Made by a program: the position numbers and the translations under genes. A stretch of 64,000 bases of DNA from Podarcis cretensis (lineage: Eukaryota): contig OX638159.1 in NCBI GenBank assembly GCA_951804945.1, forward strand, positions 36,146,001 to 36,210,000. Direction: 5' to 3'. This document shows, piece after piece, positions 10,296 through 21,545 of the stretch (the stretch's first letter is position 1; every line of letters starts with the position of its first letter). The notes under the pieces were generated by a model that made no database searches, was not told the DNA's origin, and saw only the letters and a list, made by a program, of their open reading frames with translations.

Positions 10296-11952
10296 TCCTG
10301 CTAATATTCTTTCTTACAAGGGTCTCATGAGCATTGTGGGGCAGGGCAGATGGAACACTTTGCCCATTGATAATCCAGCACAGTATCTTGCCTGTGGCAA
10401 ATTATATGGACGATGACAGAAAGGGGGAGGAGAAGCAATGGGCTATGTGAAAAGTAGAATCAACAGGGCGGATTTATACTACTTGATGCACAATCACAGC
10501 CTGTTCCTATATCTGTCACTCTCACGGGTGCATTTATTTATCCTGACAGCATCATAGAAAGTAAGGAACTGCTTTTATCCTGTTTTTTTGAGGTGCAGAC
10601 CTAAAGAAACTCAATGAGTCACCCAAGATGATCACAGGCAGCCTGTGCCAAATCAGGAAACGAACAGGAAAGTAAGTAAGCGCAAGTTACAAGCTTGAAA
10701 CAGAAACGTTTTTATTTGGCTTTGATCTTACAAAGTAAAAACCTCAGGGCTACAAACCCCTCGGGGGCAGATGCTGCTCGTAATTCGGATATAATGTTGG
10801 CACTTGTGAGCTACACAGGAACAGAACATTCAAGGACATGGAGGGATAATTTGCCTCCGGTGGGTCCCAAAAGCAAAGTTGAAAGTCCGCAGTGGCATCT
10901 ATCTATCTAGACAGAGAATACAGGAGGACCGGAATGAGGGCAGATGGCCAGACAGAAATATGCTCCAAGCAATTAGAACCAAACCGCACAACATGCACAA
11001 AAAGACAGGAAATGGAGTAAGCAACAGCGGCAGACATGGCTTAAATTAAGCCAGCAAAGCCATTGTGCAGAGAAGTTCAAGGTTCCTCTCTTTGCATCTA
11101 AAAACCATTCAGGAGGTTTTAAACACAAGGGGTAGATTGCTTTGCTTTGCTGCAGTGCACCCCCAGGTTGGACTTCTTCCTGTTAGTTAAAGTAAAGATG
11201 TCTTCGACTTTCCCATTCCAAAGAACTGGAGATACACTCAACATCCTGTGCCGATGCAGAACTGAGAATGCATTATCCATTGATGAGAACAGGATGAACT
11301 TTGTGTTCTGAGCAGAAAAGCAACAAGCAGAGCCAATCACAGGTGCCCTCGAGGAAGGTTATTTGGCAACTGCTGAAGAGATCAAATGGATGCCGCTCTG
11401 CGGTGTCATAGCCCAGGGATGCGGAACGGAATAAAAATGATTTTAAAATATGAAACTATCAGGCTGTGAAAGGGAGCACGCCCTTTTCTTTACCGTCCCC
11501 CCCCCCTTTTCCTTTACTCTGACTTATCTTATCGTCCTGTAGGTATGGTAATCTAATTTCTCATCTTTCCATAGCATTTCCCAGCATGATGTCTGACAAG
11601 GCCATTTCTGATAAAAGGTATAGATATAGCAAAGGAGCGGCTGTAAGCGGTAGGAGAGAGAGAATAATCCCATAACATTGTAGATATGAACATCCCCGTG
11701 GAACCTCTGCTGTTAACTCACTTTGTGATGATCTGTGGCCTTTCAAAAATAATTGCATTTGCCGGTATCTTTAAAGGCCGCTGAAGAGAAATCTGGAATT
11801 AATTAGGCCAGGTGAGCCATTTGTAAGTTACCCAGATACAGGAGCTAAAAATAAGCTTCTGAAGTTAGAGAATAAGAGTTAAGTTATAGGGGAAATGAGA
11901 CACGCAAAAGTCATGCAGAAAAGTATGTCGTAGTCCACAAAGGTTTGTGCGC

Positions 11953-12472
11953 CAGACCCTCCAAGTGTCCCTATTTTCCAGGGACAGTCCTGGATTTCAG
12001 AAGCCGTCCCGATTTCTGATTTGATCCTGGAATGTCCTTTTCCTTAAAGGTAAAGGTAAAGGTACCCCTGCCTGTACGGGCCAGTCGTGTCCGACTCTAG
12101 GGTTGTGCGCCCATCTTACTTAAGAGGCTGGGGGCCAGCGCTGTCTGGAGACACTTCCGGGTCACGTGGCCAGCGTGACTAAGCGGCATCTGGCGAGCCA
12201 GCACCAGTGCCGCACACGGAAACGCCGTTTACCTTCCCGCTATAAAGCGGTACCTATTTATCTACTTGCACTTAGGGGTGCTTTCGAACTGCTAGGTGGG
12301 CAGAAGCTGGGACCGAAAGACGGGAGCTCACCCCGCCGCGGGGATTCGAACCGCCGACCATGCGATCGGCAAGCCCTAGGCACTGAGGTTTTACCCACAG
12401 CGCCACCCGCGTCCCTTCTGTGCTTTTCCTTAAGACGTCTCTATTTTCATTGGAGAAATGTTGGAGTGTATG
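11953..12472. mobile_element. short CATACCCTCCAA-terminus MITE interrupted by a Sauria SINE
   Basis: CAGACCCTCCAAGTGTCCC..AATGTTGGAGTGTATG; reverse complement of the intact copy at 36561-36695. Confidence 0.8.
12048..12415 (-). mobile_element. Sauria SINE, distinct CpG-rich subtype C
   Basis: aggtaaaggtaaaggtacc tail, cagcgccacccgcgtccc head; TSD CTTTTCCTTAA (12037-12047, 12423-12433). Confidence 0.93.
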
Positions 12473-12712
12473 AGGTACCACAAGATGCTTTTTTATATTA
12501 CTTCCAGGTTTTCGGCATTCGGGAACCAAAACGTACGAGTTCCAAGGCATTCGAGAACCAAGGTGCGACTGTAAATCCTGAGTGTGAGGAATGAGATGCG
12601 TCAGAACATACCGAGCTGAAATGAATTCAGGTGGCTTTCTTTATTTAACGAATTGTTTGTTCCCCTACTTCATTTTTCAACCCTCAAGGGGTCCCCAAGG
12701 CAGTCTGCAATA

Positions 12713-12972
12713 CAGTCATACCTCATGTTACATTTGCTTCATGTTACGTTCTTTCAGGTTATGTCCCACGGTGACCCGGAAGTACCGGAAAGGGTTACTT
12801 CTGGGTTTCACCGCTCGCGCATGCGCAGAACCGCTAAATCGGGCTTCGCACCTGTGCACAAGCGCCAAATCGCACCGCGCACCTGCGCAGATACAGTGCT
12901 TCTGGTTGCACTCCTTTCATGTTGCGAACGGGCCTCCGGAACGGAACCCATTCACAACCAAAGATACCACTG
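12713..12972. mobile_element. Tc1/mariner (Tigger-like) MITE, family B
   Basis: TA-CAGTCATACCTC..GATACCACTG-TA; internal GCGCATGCGCAGAA palindromes. Confidence 0.85.
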
Positions 12973-13249
12973 TATGCATTAACACATAACAATTGAGCTG
13001 TATACACACCATACATTTAAAGCATGTAGGAAATATAGTGTACCCCTCACAGAGCTACTGCTCCCGGACCCTTTAAAAGCTTCAGTTCCCAGGATTCTTT
13101 GGGGGAATGTTATGTGCATGGTGCATGGTATGTACGCAAAGTACCCAATAACTGATATATAGAAACAGAGAGCTAAAACTAAATCCAACTCTATGAGGGA
13201 ATTAGGAGTTATCTGCAGGTTTGGAGTACATTGTCCTTTACATCTGCAG

Positions 13250-14330
13250 GTGCGTCAGGGGATCTTGCCTCGCTAATGGACTGGATGAGAGCCAATAACC
13301 TGAAGCTTAATCCATATAAGACTGAGGCACTATTAGTTTGTGATTCCCTAGACTGGGAAGTTGTATGCCCTTGATGGGGTTACACTCCCTTTGAAGGGGC
13401 AGGTGTGTACTTCTAGATCCATTGCTGTTGCTTTGAAGGTCAGGTGGCCTTGATGGCATGGAGTGCCTTCCATCAGCTTCAGAAAGGTTTGAGCATATAA
13501 TGCCAATCTTGACCTGACTGAACTGGCTGTCAGTTAGTTTCCAGGCCCAATTGAAAGTTTGTTGTTGTTTAGTCGTTTAGTCATGTCCAACTCTTCGTGA
13601 CCCCATGGACCAGAGCATGCCAGGCACTCCTGTCTTCCACTGCCTCCCACAGTTTGGTCAAACTCATGCTGGTAGCTTCGTGAACACTGTCCAACCATCT
13701 CGTCCTCTGTCGCCCCCTTCTCCTTGTGCCATCCATCTTTCCCAACATCAGGGTCTTTTCCAGGGAGTCTTCTCTTCTCATGAGGTGGCCAAAGTATTGG
13801 AGCCTCAGCTTCACGACCTGTCCTTCCAATGAGCACTCAGAGTTGATTTCCTTAAGAATGGAGAGGTTTGATCTTCTTGCAGTCCATGGGACTCTCAAGA
13901 GTCTTCTCCAGCACCATAATTCAAAAGCATCAATTCTTCGGCGATTGGCCTTCTTTATGGTCCAGCTCTCACTTCCATACATCACTACTGGGAAAACCAT
14001 GGCTTAAACTATACGGACCTTTGTTGGCAAGGTGATGTCTTTGCTTTTTAAGATGCTGTCTAGCTTTGCCAATTGAAAATACTTAACCTAAAATGGCTCA
14101 GGACTGCAATACCTCAAGGACCGCCTCTCCCCATAGGAACCAACCCAGACCCTGTGATCATCATCTGAGGCCCTGCTTCACGTGCCTCCTCTGTGAGAGG
14201 TCTGGAGGGTGGCAACCTGAGAACAGGTCTTTTCTGTGTTGGCTCCTGGTGCCTTCATTACATATCTTTAGGTCCCAGGGAAAAAAAATTCCTCTTCATC
14301 CAGGCCTTTCACTAATTAAACTATCATGGA
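13250..14330 (+). mobile_element. L2 LINE remnant hosting BovB copy 2
   Basis: tggatgagagccaataacctgaagcttaatccatataagactgag encodes WMRANNLKLNPYKTE, the L2 W...N.LKLN..KTE motif; L2-type 3' region resumes at ~14080. Confidence 0.8.
13557..14068 (-). mobile_element. BovB LINE, 5'-truncated 3' fragment
   Basis: Same BovB C-terminal peptide as copy 1; TSD CCAATTGAAA (13547-13556, 14069-14078). Confidence 0.95.
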
Positions 14331-15058
14331 AGACTTTGGGCTGTGCCCAACGAAACACGCTCACATCTTTGCTCGCTTGCTTTGCCACAAGACCACAGAA
14401 ATATCAGCTCCCAACTGCAAATGGTATGGCAATTGACCCTGCCAAGGACACCCTTCCCCGAGTTTAGCAATTAGCCAAAGCTGCAAACATTATCCAAACA
14501 TTCTAAAGAGGAATTTTAAACATTCCTTTGCCGTTTGAAGTTTGGGTGCTCCCTCCAAATGCTTCCCCACCCACCTACATTTCTTGCTGAATGACAATGC
14601 TTGTGGAAGATGAATATAGAGAGGGATTGTGTTGTGGATACAGGAGGCTGCATTCGTTTCCCCCTTTGATCACTCTCTGGATGGAAAAATTCAGATTCCC
14701 AGGCTTGAACAAATCGCACAGGCTAGCCAAAGCGTGGTTTTTCTGACAGCTAAACAAGCAACTTCTTGTCTGTCTTCCTGGCTACAGGGCTAAGGGCTAA
14801 GAAAAAGCCAACTCTGTGTTAATGAGAAGGAAAATAGAGGGTTATTAAACGAGTGTTTCATTTTTCAAAAGGTTTAAACTGAATTGCTTGGATTTAATCA
14901 AACTGTAGAAACTCCTAAATATAAGAGCTGTAGTGTGCCCTTTCCTGAAATGCCCCCACCCCCCACTTTCCCAGGCTAAATAAGTTAAGAACCTATTTGC
15001 AAACCATTTTGCAAATTTGAACTTCATTGACAGATGTCTGATTTGTGAAAATGGAAGC

Positions 15059-15215
15059 CAGTGGCATAGCGTGGGGGGTGCAGGGGGGCCGGCCGCACCG
15101 GGCGCAACATCTGGGGGTTAGGGGTAGGGGTAGGGGTGGGGGCGCAAATCCACGGGTTAGGGGGCGCAAATTACTTGCCTTGCCCCGGGTGCTGACAACC
15201 CACGCTACGCCACTG
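15059..15215 (-). mobile_element. hAT-type MITE with telomere-like repeats, copy 2
   Basis: Reverse complement of copy 1; perfect TSD ATGGAAGC (15051-15058, 15216-15223). Confidence 0.93.
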
Positions 15216-15355
15216 ATGGAAGCTAATGCTTTAAAAAAATCCTTAGTAAATCATTCTTTGTTTTTGTGTTCTGAAACCCCTGCAGCACTTCCAAGAGTTG
15301 GGCCAAACAACAGGTTACATTATTAATGCTTTATTTTTTATTTTTTAAAAAAGCA

Positions 15356-15478
15356 TGTAGCATTGGAAGGGACCCTGAGGATCATCTAGTCCAACCCCCT
15401 GCAATGTAGGAATATGCAGCTGGATCAAACCTGCAACCTTGGTATTGTCAGCATCATGCTCTAACCAACTGAGCTGTC
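15356..15478 (-). mobile_element. tRNA-derived SINE with CR1-like tail
   Basis: ttggaagggaccctgaggatcatctagtccaacccc..catgctctaaccaactgagct is the reverse of the 3807 type. Confidence 0.75.
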
Positions 15479-16324
15479 CAGATGTCCAGCTGACTGCTTG
15501 GAAGAAAAAGCTGCCATGAGGCCCCTATCCAGAAAGTGATTTTGCTCCAAATCAGGCCCAGCATTGGCTTCCTGCTGGGTTTTCTCTGTACATGACTATT
15601 TGCCCTTGAATATGCTGCCAGCCACAGGAAAATTTCCTGCAGTAAACAGGCACGGACCCCCAACTTGGATCAATGACACATTATGGATCAGGACCCCATG
15701 CCTGCTTTTTATTCAAAATGCAAGTGACCAGTTTAGGCACACTTTTTTAAAAAAGAAAACGAAACCATGGATGATGTCAGTATGTAATTTCGCCCTAAGG
15801 TATTGCTGTAAGAAGAAAATGCCCTGTTTGCTTACCTTACCAGGCAGCATATAACCACAGCATATAACTATAATGCGCAAGTCCGAGAATTCAGAATTAA
15901 TCCCAACCCCACCCATCTACCTCTGCCTTTATCCTTATATACCACAGCCTTTTCTTTGTCAGCTTTGCTGTACAGTTCAAGGAGTGCCGCCACCTTTTGG
16001 CAGGTATAACTTGCCTGCCTGCTCCAGCAAGGTGTGATCTGGGCACAGAAGCATCCTTCTGCATAAAGAGCCAGGGCTCGGTGTGTCTCTGGATGGACTT
16101 GGACATGCATGTGAGATTCGAGGGACACCAACTGTTAACTGCAACCAGAGCAGAAGCAGGATTCTGTGGCTTTAACAGGCCCATATGGCAAGCAGAAGCC
16201 TCACACCTGCTAGAGATGCAATACTAAGAAAAGCCTGATCTGTCAACTTGATTTGCCATTCTTAAAACCACTGGAGCCCTATTAATGGTGGGTAGGTGTG
16301 AGATGAATGATCTATCATTTAATT

Positions 16325-16582
16325 CCCTGCCCCTGCCAACCTAGCAGTTCAAAAGCATGTCACGGTGCAAGTAGATAAATAGGTACCACTCCGGCAGGAA
16401 GGTAAACGGTGTTTCCGTGCGCTGCTCTGGTTTGCCAGAAGTGGCTTAGTCATGCTGGCCACATGACCCGGAAGCTGTACGCCGGCTCCCTCGGCCAATA
16501 AAGCGAGATGAGCGCCGCAGCCCCAGAGTCATCCGTGACTGGACCTAATGGTCAGGGGTCCCTTTACCTTTACCTTTTACCC
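16325..16582 (+). mobile_element. Sauria SINE subtype A, 5'-truncated
   Basis: Core and (TTTACC)n tail nearly identical to the 4783 copy. Confidence 0.92.
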
Positions 16583-18394
16583 CTCAACTGCCCCAACTAA
16601 ATCGGGAAATCTTGTTTTGGCGCACTGTGGTCTCGTGTGGGAGCATGGCCAGGAAGATGCACGTCCCGGTTTTCAGTCTCAACAGGTTGGAGGACATGGC
16701 ATCTAACACAAGAGTGTTCCCAGATATTTTTGTCTTCAAAAGAAGTCGGGGTGCAGGAAGGTGGTAACAAGGGCCACCCACTTGGTCATGCACTGTCCAG
16801 TTTCCAGTGGAGAGGTTTAATATCAAACGGATGCATGAGGGGTGGGGGTAAGCAGGTGCAAAAAAAGCTATTTCATGTGATAATATTGTGTGAAGCGTGT
16901 GCAAGGCCCGTAATGTGGAAGCACCAAAAAAGTGCAGGCTTATGCACACCAGCTTGGGGGTTTCAGTCCCTTTAAACGCAGTGGGGATTGTTTCATGCTT
17001 AGGATCATGCTGCAAGCAGAGGTGCAAAAGCTCCAGATTTTGCTGCTCTACAATGCCCATCATCCCTAATGCTGCTGCCTGGGACTGATAGGAGTTGGGG
17101 GGTTGGCAATATGGGGAGGCAAAGATTGCCCACCCCACCCCTCCGTAAGGTATGTTACCCATAATCTGCATACTATGATACATTTGAGGAGGATCCAGCA
17201 ATTGCAGCAATTGTTTCATTTATTGTTTTAGAGGTACACAAGCAGCTGCCAGGAGCACATTCCCCGGCAGTATGTGGAGTGAACATTTCAACAAAAGACA
17301 AAGACAAACGACAGATAAAGTGGGCCAGTTCAGTGGCTGTCCTTCCAAAGAATCTAAAGTATGTAACTGCTTTGAATGTGCTGCCTAGACCAGTGGAATT
17401 GGCAGGAACTCATCAATGCTTCTGGCATCAACTGCAGAGTTTGCTTGGTCCACTTAGTGAAAGCTGCTGTCCTTTTCCCCACTCCGTGTTGGCAAAGGGC
17501 AGGTGAGTATAGTATTAGCGTTTGACATTAACTTCTTCCTACCTGTACTTCAGGTTCTGTGTAGTCAGAAGAGTCAGATGTTGGTGGGAGACCAGCATTT
17601 AGCAAAATTTTCAGCTGCCACCTCTTTCATCTCTCATTTGTCACCAGGTCTACTGGGTTCTTGAAGTACAAAGTACTGTGAACTCCTTTTTCCTAATATA
17701 GGGAAGTGGTGGGTTCCCCCTCTATATGACCAGTCAATTCACAGCTGAGTACCTGCATGAACCAGGCCCACCGACAAAAGACTGAGCAAAAAGCCAGCAA
17801 AAGGAGAAGGGCATTTGGAGGTTTCTGCTTCTGGGTAACACACTTTGATACACAAAGGGAATGACATAAACATACATTCAAGTACACAGGCAGCTGGAGA
17901 ATGTGATTCTCCTCCATCACCCCTCCGCCTCCCTAGCCCTTAAAAATATTAACTCTGTCTGGTTTAACTGACAGATGTTATAAATGTAGCCAATTTCTGT
18001 CACACACCCATCTTTCATTATTTCATCTGATCCATTTTTAAAGACAGCTAAGCCTAAAAGCCATCACCATATCTTGTGTCGGTGCCAATGAATTCCATAA
18101 ATTAATCCATGGATTGTGTGAAGAAGTTCTATCTTTTGTCTGTTCTGCAGGGATGTTGCTAGATGTTTAAAAGACATGAGGCACCGTCCCAGATGACATA
18201 CATTTACAGGTATATGTACAGATGTCAATTTAAGTTGAATTAAGTTGACAAACTCTAGCCCTAGTTGCCAAGGTTTACTCTGAGCTATGGGATGCCAGCA
18301 GGATTTTCTAGGTACACTGCCAAAAAACTGCTGTTTATATGTATATTAAAACTAAAAATAAGTCTTTTTCAACATAAAACATTATCTTTCTGTC

Positions 18395-18570
18395 TATCAC
18401 ATTTATATCCCACCTTTCCTCCAAGTTCAAGATGGCATACATGTTTCTCTTCCTCCCCATTTTACCCCAGTGAGGTAGGTTAGACTGAGAAACCGGTCCA
18501 TGCCCGAACAGGGGTTTGAACCCTGATCTCCCAGGTCCCATTCCAAGACTCCAACCACTACACCACACTT
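18395..18570 (-). mobile_element. ancient tRNA-headed (MIR/CORE-like) SINE; similar at ~19660-19825, 26450-26627, 28585-28750, 37400-37600, 38020-38165
   Basis: Recurring tgtgaggtagg..ggtttgaacc..aaccactacaccacact pattern (reverse A/B boxes). Confidence 0.65.
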
Positions 18571-18610
18571 ACCTTTCATAACCACACTATCCTGCAACTG
18601 CAGGTCCGTG

Positions 18611-19020
18611 GTAGGCCTGGGTGATGTATTGATACATCCACCCAGGACTGATTTGAGCGCGAGAGAACGGTGGCACCTTCACCCGGCGGTATATCAGGGA
18701 TGAAACCGCTGCCATTCCTGAGAAGTGGCTTCAGTTTCACCCGCAATATATCACCAGGTGAAGGCACCATTGCGCTCTGGTCCTCAAACCAAGGGAGCAA
18801 CAAGCTGCGAGGCACCGTGGCCCATGGAGCTCGTTTGTCCCTTGTAGTGCCAGGCCTCCATCAGCTGCCAGCACCCAGCGTGCCAAGGAACAAACTAGCT
18901 CCATCAGGCCCAGCCCCAGCCCCATGGGGCACCGGGGTGAAACCACCACCATTCCTGCCAAGGGAGTGATGTTTGGCTAGTGATACATCACGATGTTGAA
19001 TAGTGCTTAGAAGCCCTTAG
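18611..19020. mobile_element. hAT-like non-autonomous element
   Basis: Begins TAGGCCTGGGTGAT, ends ..AGCCCTTA; subterminal GATACATC / GATATATC repeats at both ends. Confidence 0.45.
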
Positions 19021-19050
19021 AAGTCCTCCGTCACTAGTCAGTACCATCCA

Positions 19051-19426
19051 GGGGACGAGGGTGGCACTGTGGTCTAAACCACTGAGCCTCTTGGACTTGC
19101 TGATTAGAAGGTTGGCGGTTCGAATCTGAGTGACGAGGTGAGCTCCCGTTGCTCTGTCCCAGTTTCTGCCAACCTAGCAGTTCAAAAGCACATCAGTGCA
19201 AGTAGATAAATAGGTACCACTGCAGCGGGAAGGTAAACGGCGTTTCCGTGCACTCTGGTTTCCATCACAGTGTTCCATTGCACCAGAAGCGGTTTAGTCA
19301 CGCTGGCCACATGACCCGGAAAGCTGTCTGTGGACAAACGCCGGCTCCTTCGACCTGAAAAGCAAGATGAGCACCACAACCCAAAATCGCTTTTGACTGG
19401 ACTTAACTGTCCAGGGGTGCTTTACC
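19051..19426 (+). mobile_element. Sauria SINE subtype B
   Basis: Full head, core and tail; TSD TACCATCCA (19042-19050, 19427-19435). Confidence 0.93.
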
Positions 19427-19585
19427 TACCATCCACACAAGATCTGTAGCAACTACAGACCAACACAATCTGTGCTACATCTAGAACACAATTTAAGGCG
19501 GTGAGCATGTCATACTGAAAAAACAACAGATGTTGCAGTGCCTCTCTGACATGGAAAAGACCTTCTGTGTATTCCCAGAAACAAA

Positions 19586-19620
<35 letters not shown>

Positions 19621-20416
19621 TGGTTGCTGCTTCATGCATTCCAGAGCAATTGGGACTGAGTGGTGTAGCAGTTAGAACAAGTATTGAGGAGTCCTTGGTT
19701 TCCTCCACCTCCAGCCATTAAGCTCTTGAGTGACCTTGGGCCTCACGTATTGTGGAAATAAAATGGGGGGGGGGGAGAGTTAAGGTCCTTGGAGGAAGGT
19801 TGGGATAAAAATGTAATAAACAAGACAGCTGAAATTAAGCCCCAAGCGCAGATGATTCCATGAATTTTGGTACTGGGAGATGAGGATTGCAAGACGATCA
19901 GGCCTCGTTTTATCTCTCTCGCTGCCGCTATGTAATCGTCTAGCGCGGTCCCTCTGGGCCGTACCTGATGCCACAGGAAGCCGCTTAGTTAGCTACACTC
20001 TTAGCCTGCCAAAGAGAAGAAACCTCAGAACAAATCTGTTTTGTCTAACCCTATTCCCTTGAGTGCCGCCACTCTCCACACGCTCGCCTCCCAGACATGC
20101 CGTTTCCAATTAGGTTTAATTCTACATGAAATAAAATGCATTACATGTCGCAAGCTATTGCCAGTGCGGAGCTAAGGTTTCTTTCTGTCTCCCCGCCTCT
20201 CAAGGGTATGTGAACCAAAGCACATGATCTAGTAGCAGCTCCAGGGGTCTCCTGACTGGCGTTAAGATGTCACGGAGTCCAGGATCTTAGCAAGGTTTTT
20301 AAAAAGAAAGAAAAAGAAAGATAGGTGGTGTGGACTGGATACTGAACACACCCAGCATTTGATAGAAGGATTACTATCGAAGCTTGCAGCTGATCTCATA
20401 TATTCTTTGTCAGTTT

Positions 20417-20751
20417 GGGCCATATCCACACCATACATTTAAAACACTTTGATACCAGTTTAAACAGTCATGGCTTCCCTCAAAGAACCCCGGGAGCTGT
20501 AGTTCGTTAAAGGTGCTGAGAGTTATTAGGAGACCCCTGTTCCCCTCACTGAGCTCCCACGCCCAGAGTTCCCTGTGAAGAGGGATTGATTTTTAAACCA
20601 CTCTGGGAATTGTCGCTCTGGGGGGATATAGGGGGCACATAACAACTCTTAGCACCCTTAACAAACTACAGCTCCCAGGATTCTTTTGGAGAATCCATGG
20701 CTGCTTAAAGTGGCATCATAGGGCTTTAAACATATGGTGTGAATCTGGCCT
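20417..20751. mobile_element. fold-back MITE (possibly PIF/Harbinger-like); relatives at ~12995-13140, 32581-32752, ~33761-33960
   Basis: GGCCATATCCACACCATACATTTAAA..TTTAAACATATGGTGTGAATCTGGCC long imperfect TIRs; interior also palindromic. Confidence 0.75.
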
Positions 20752-21419
20752 CAGATCCCTTAGCTGTATTGAAACCGAGCAAGCCAGGAATACGCCACAG
20801 ATGCCTAGTTTCATTTTCTACACTAAGCTTCTGAAACATTTGATGTTCTCCCAGTCAAATGGAGAAAGGAGACTGCTAATGTGCTATTTATTCTCTCAAT
20901 TGGAACGGAAAGCACATCCTACTCATCTCTGGAAATGTGTCACGGCAGAGTATGGAAAATAACAGGGTATCTTCAGCAGCAGGCTAGTTTATGGGCTCAG
21001 GTTGGGGGACTGTTGCTCGTTCCTGTCATGCCTCAGCCTGGGGACTCCTCATCAGTGGAGAAGTAGGAGGTTAAGTCCTGGGTCAGGCTCCATTTGGGGG
21101 TGAAGTGTCAGGATCCCAGGAGGAGGCTGAGAAGAGGCTGATTGGAACAGTCTGTGTGAACTATCTCTGTCCAAGTGGATTGGCTGACTCTGACTCTCAT
21201 TTGGCCCTTTGTGGTACACCTTGCTAGCTTGGATCGGATAGTGCTCTGGTTACTGTCCCATGGGTGTGGCTGCTGGCAAGTCCCTGGCTTACTCCGGTGC
21301 CCAATGAGGACAGGACAGTTCCAAAACATCCACCTCCAGGGGCTAAGTGTCTCACTCCTGTTCTGTTGTTGGAGGACATAAGTCTCTGAATATCATTTGT
21401 GAGAACTGCAGGTATGGAG

Positions 21420-21545
21420 AGCACTGCTGTGCTCAGGTCCTGCTTGTGGGCTTCCATAGATAGGCATGTGTTTGGCCACTGCGTGAACAGAGTGCTGAAC
21501 TTGGTGACCCCCAATGGCCATCGAGCAGGGCTTTTAATAGCAGAG
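21420..21545 (+). mobile_element. CR1-like LINE 3' remnant
   Basis: tcctgcttgtgggcttcc..ggcatgtgtttggccactgcgtgaacagagtgctg matches a recalled reptile CR1 3' end. Confidence 0.55.

Noticed and set aside
10640-11100. Possible additional solo LTR (also ~19830-20100 and ~35960-36185)
   Set aside because: Composition is suggestive, but I could not establish both TG..CA termini and a TSD, and there is no second copy in the window.
16584-17219. 211-aa minus-strand ORF
   Set aside because: Crosses a palindromic MITE remnant and other repeat fragments; no recognisable domain or splice structure.
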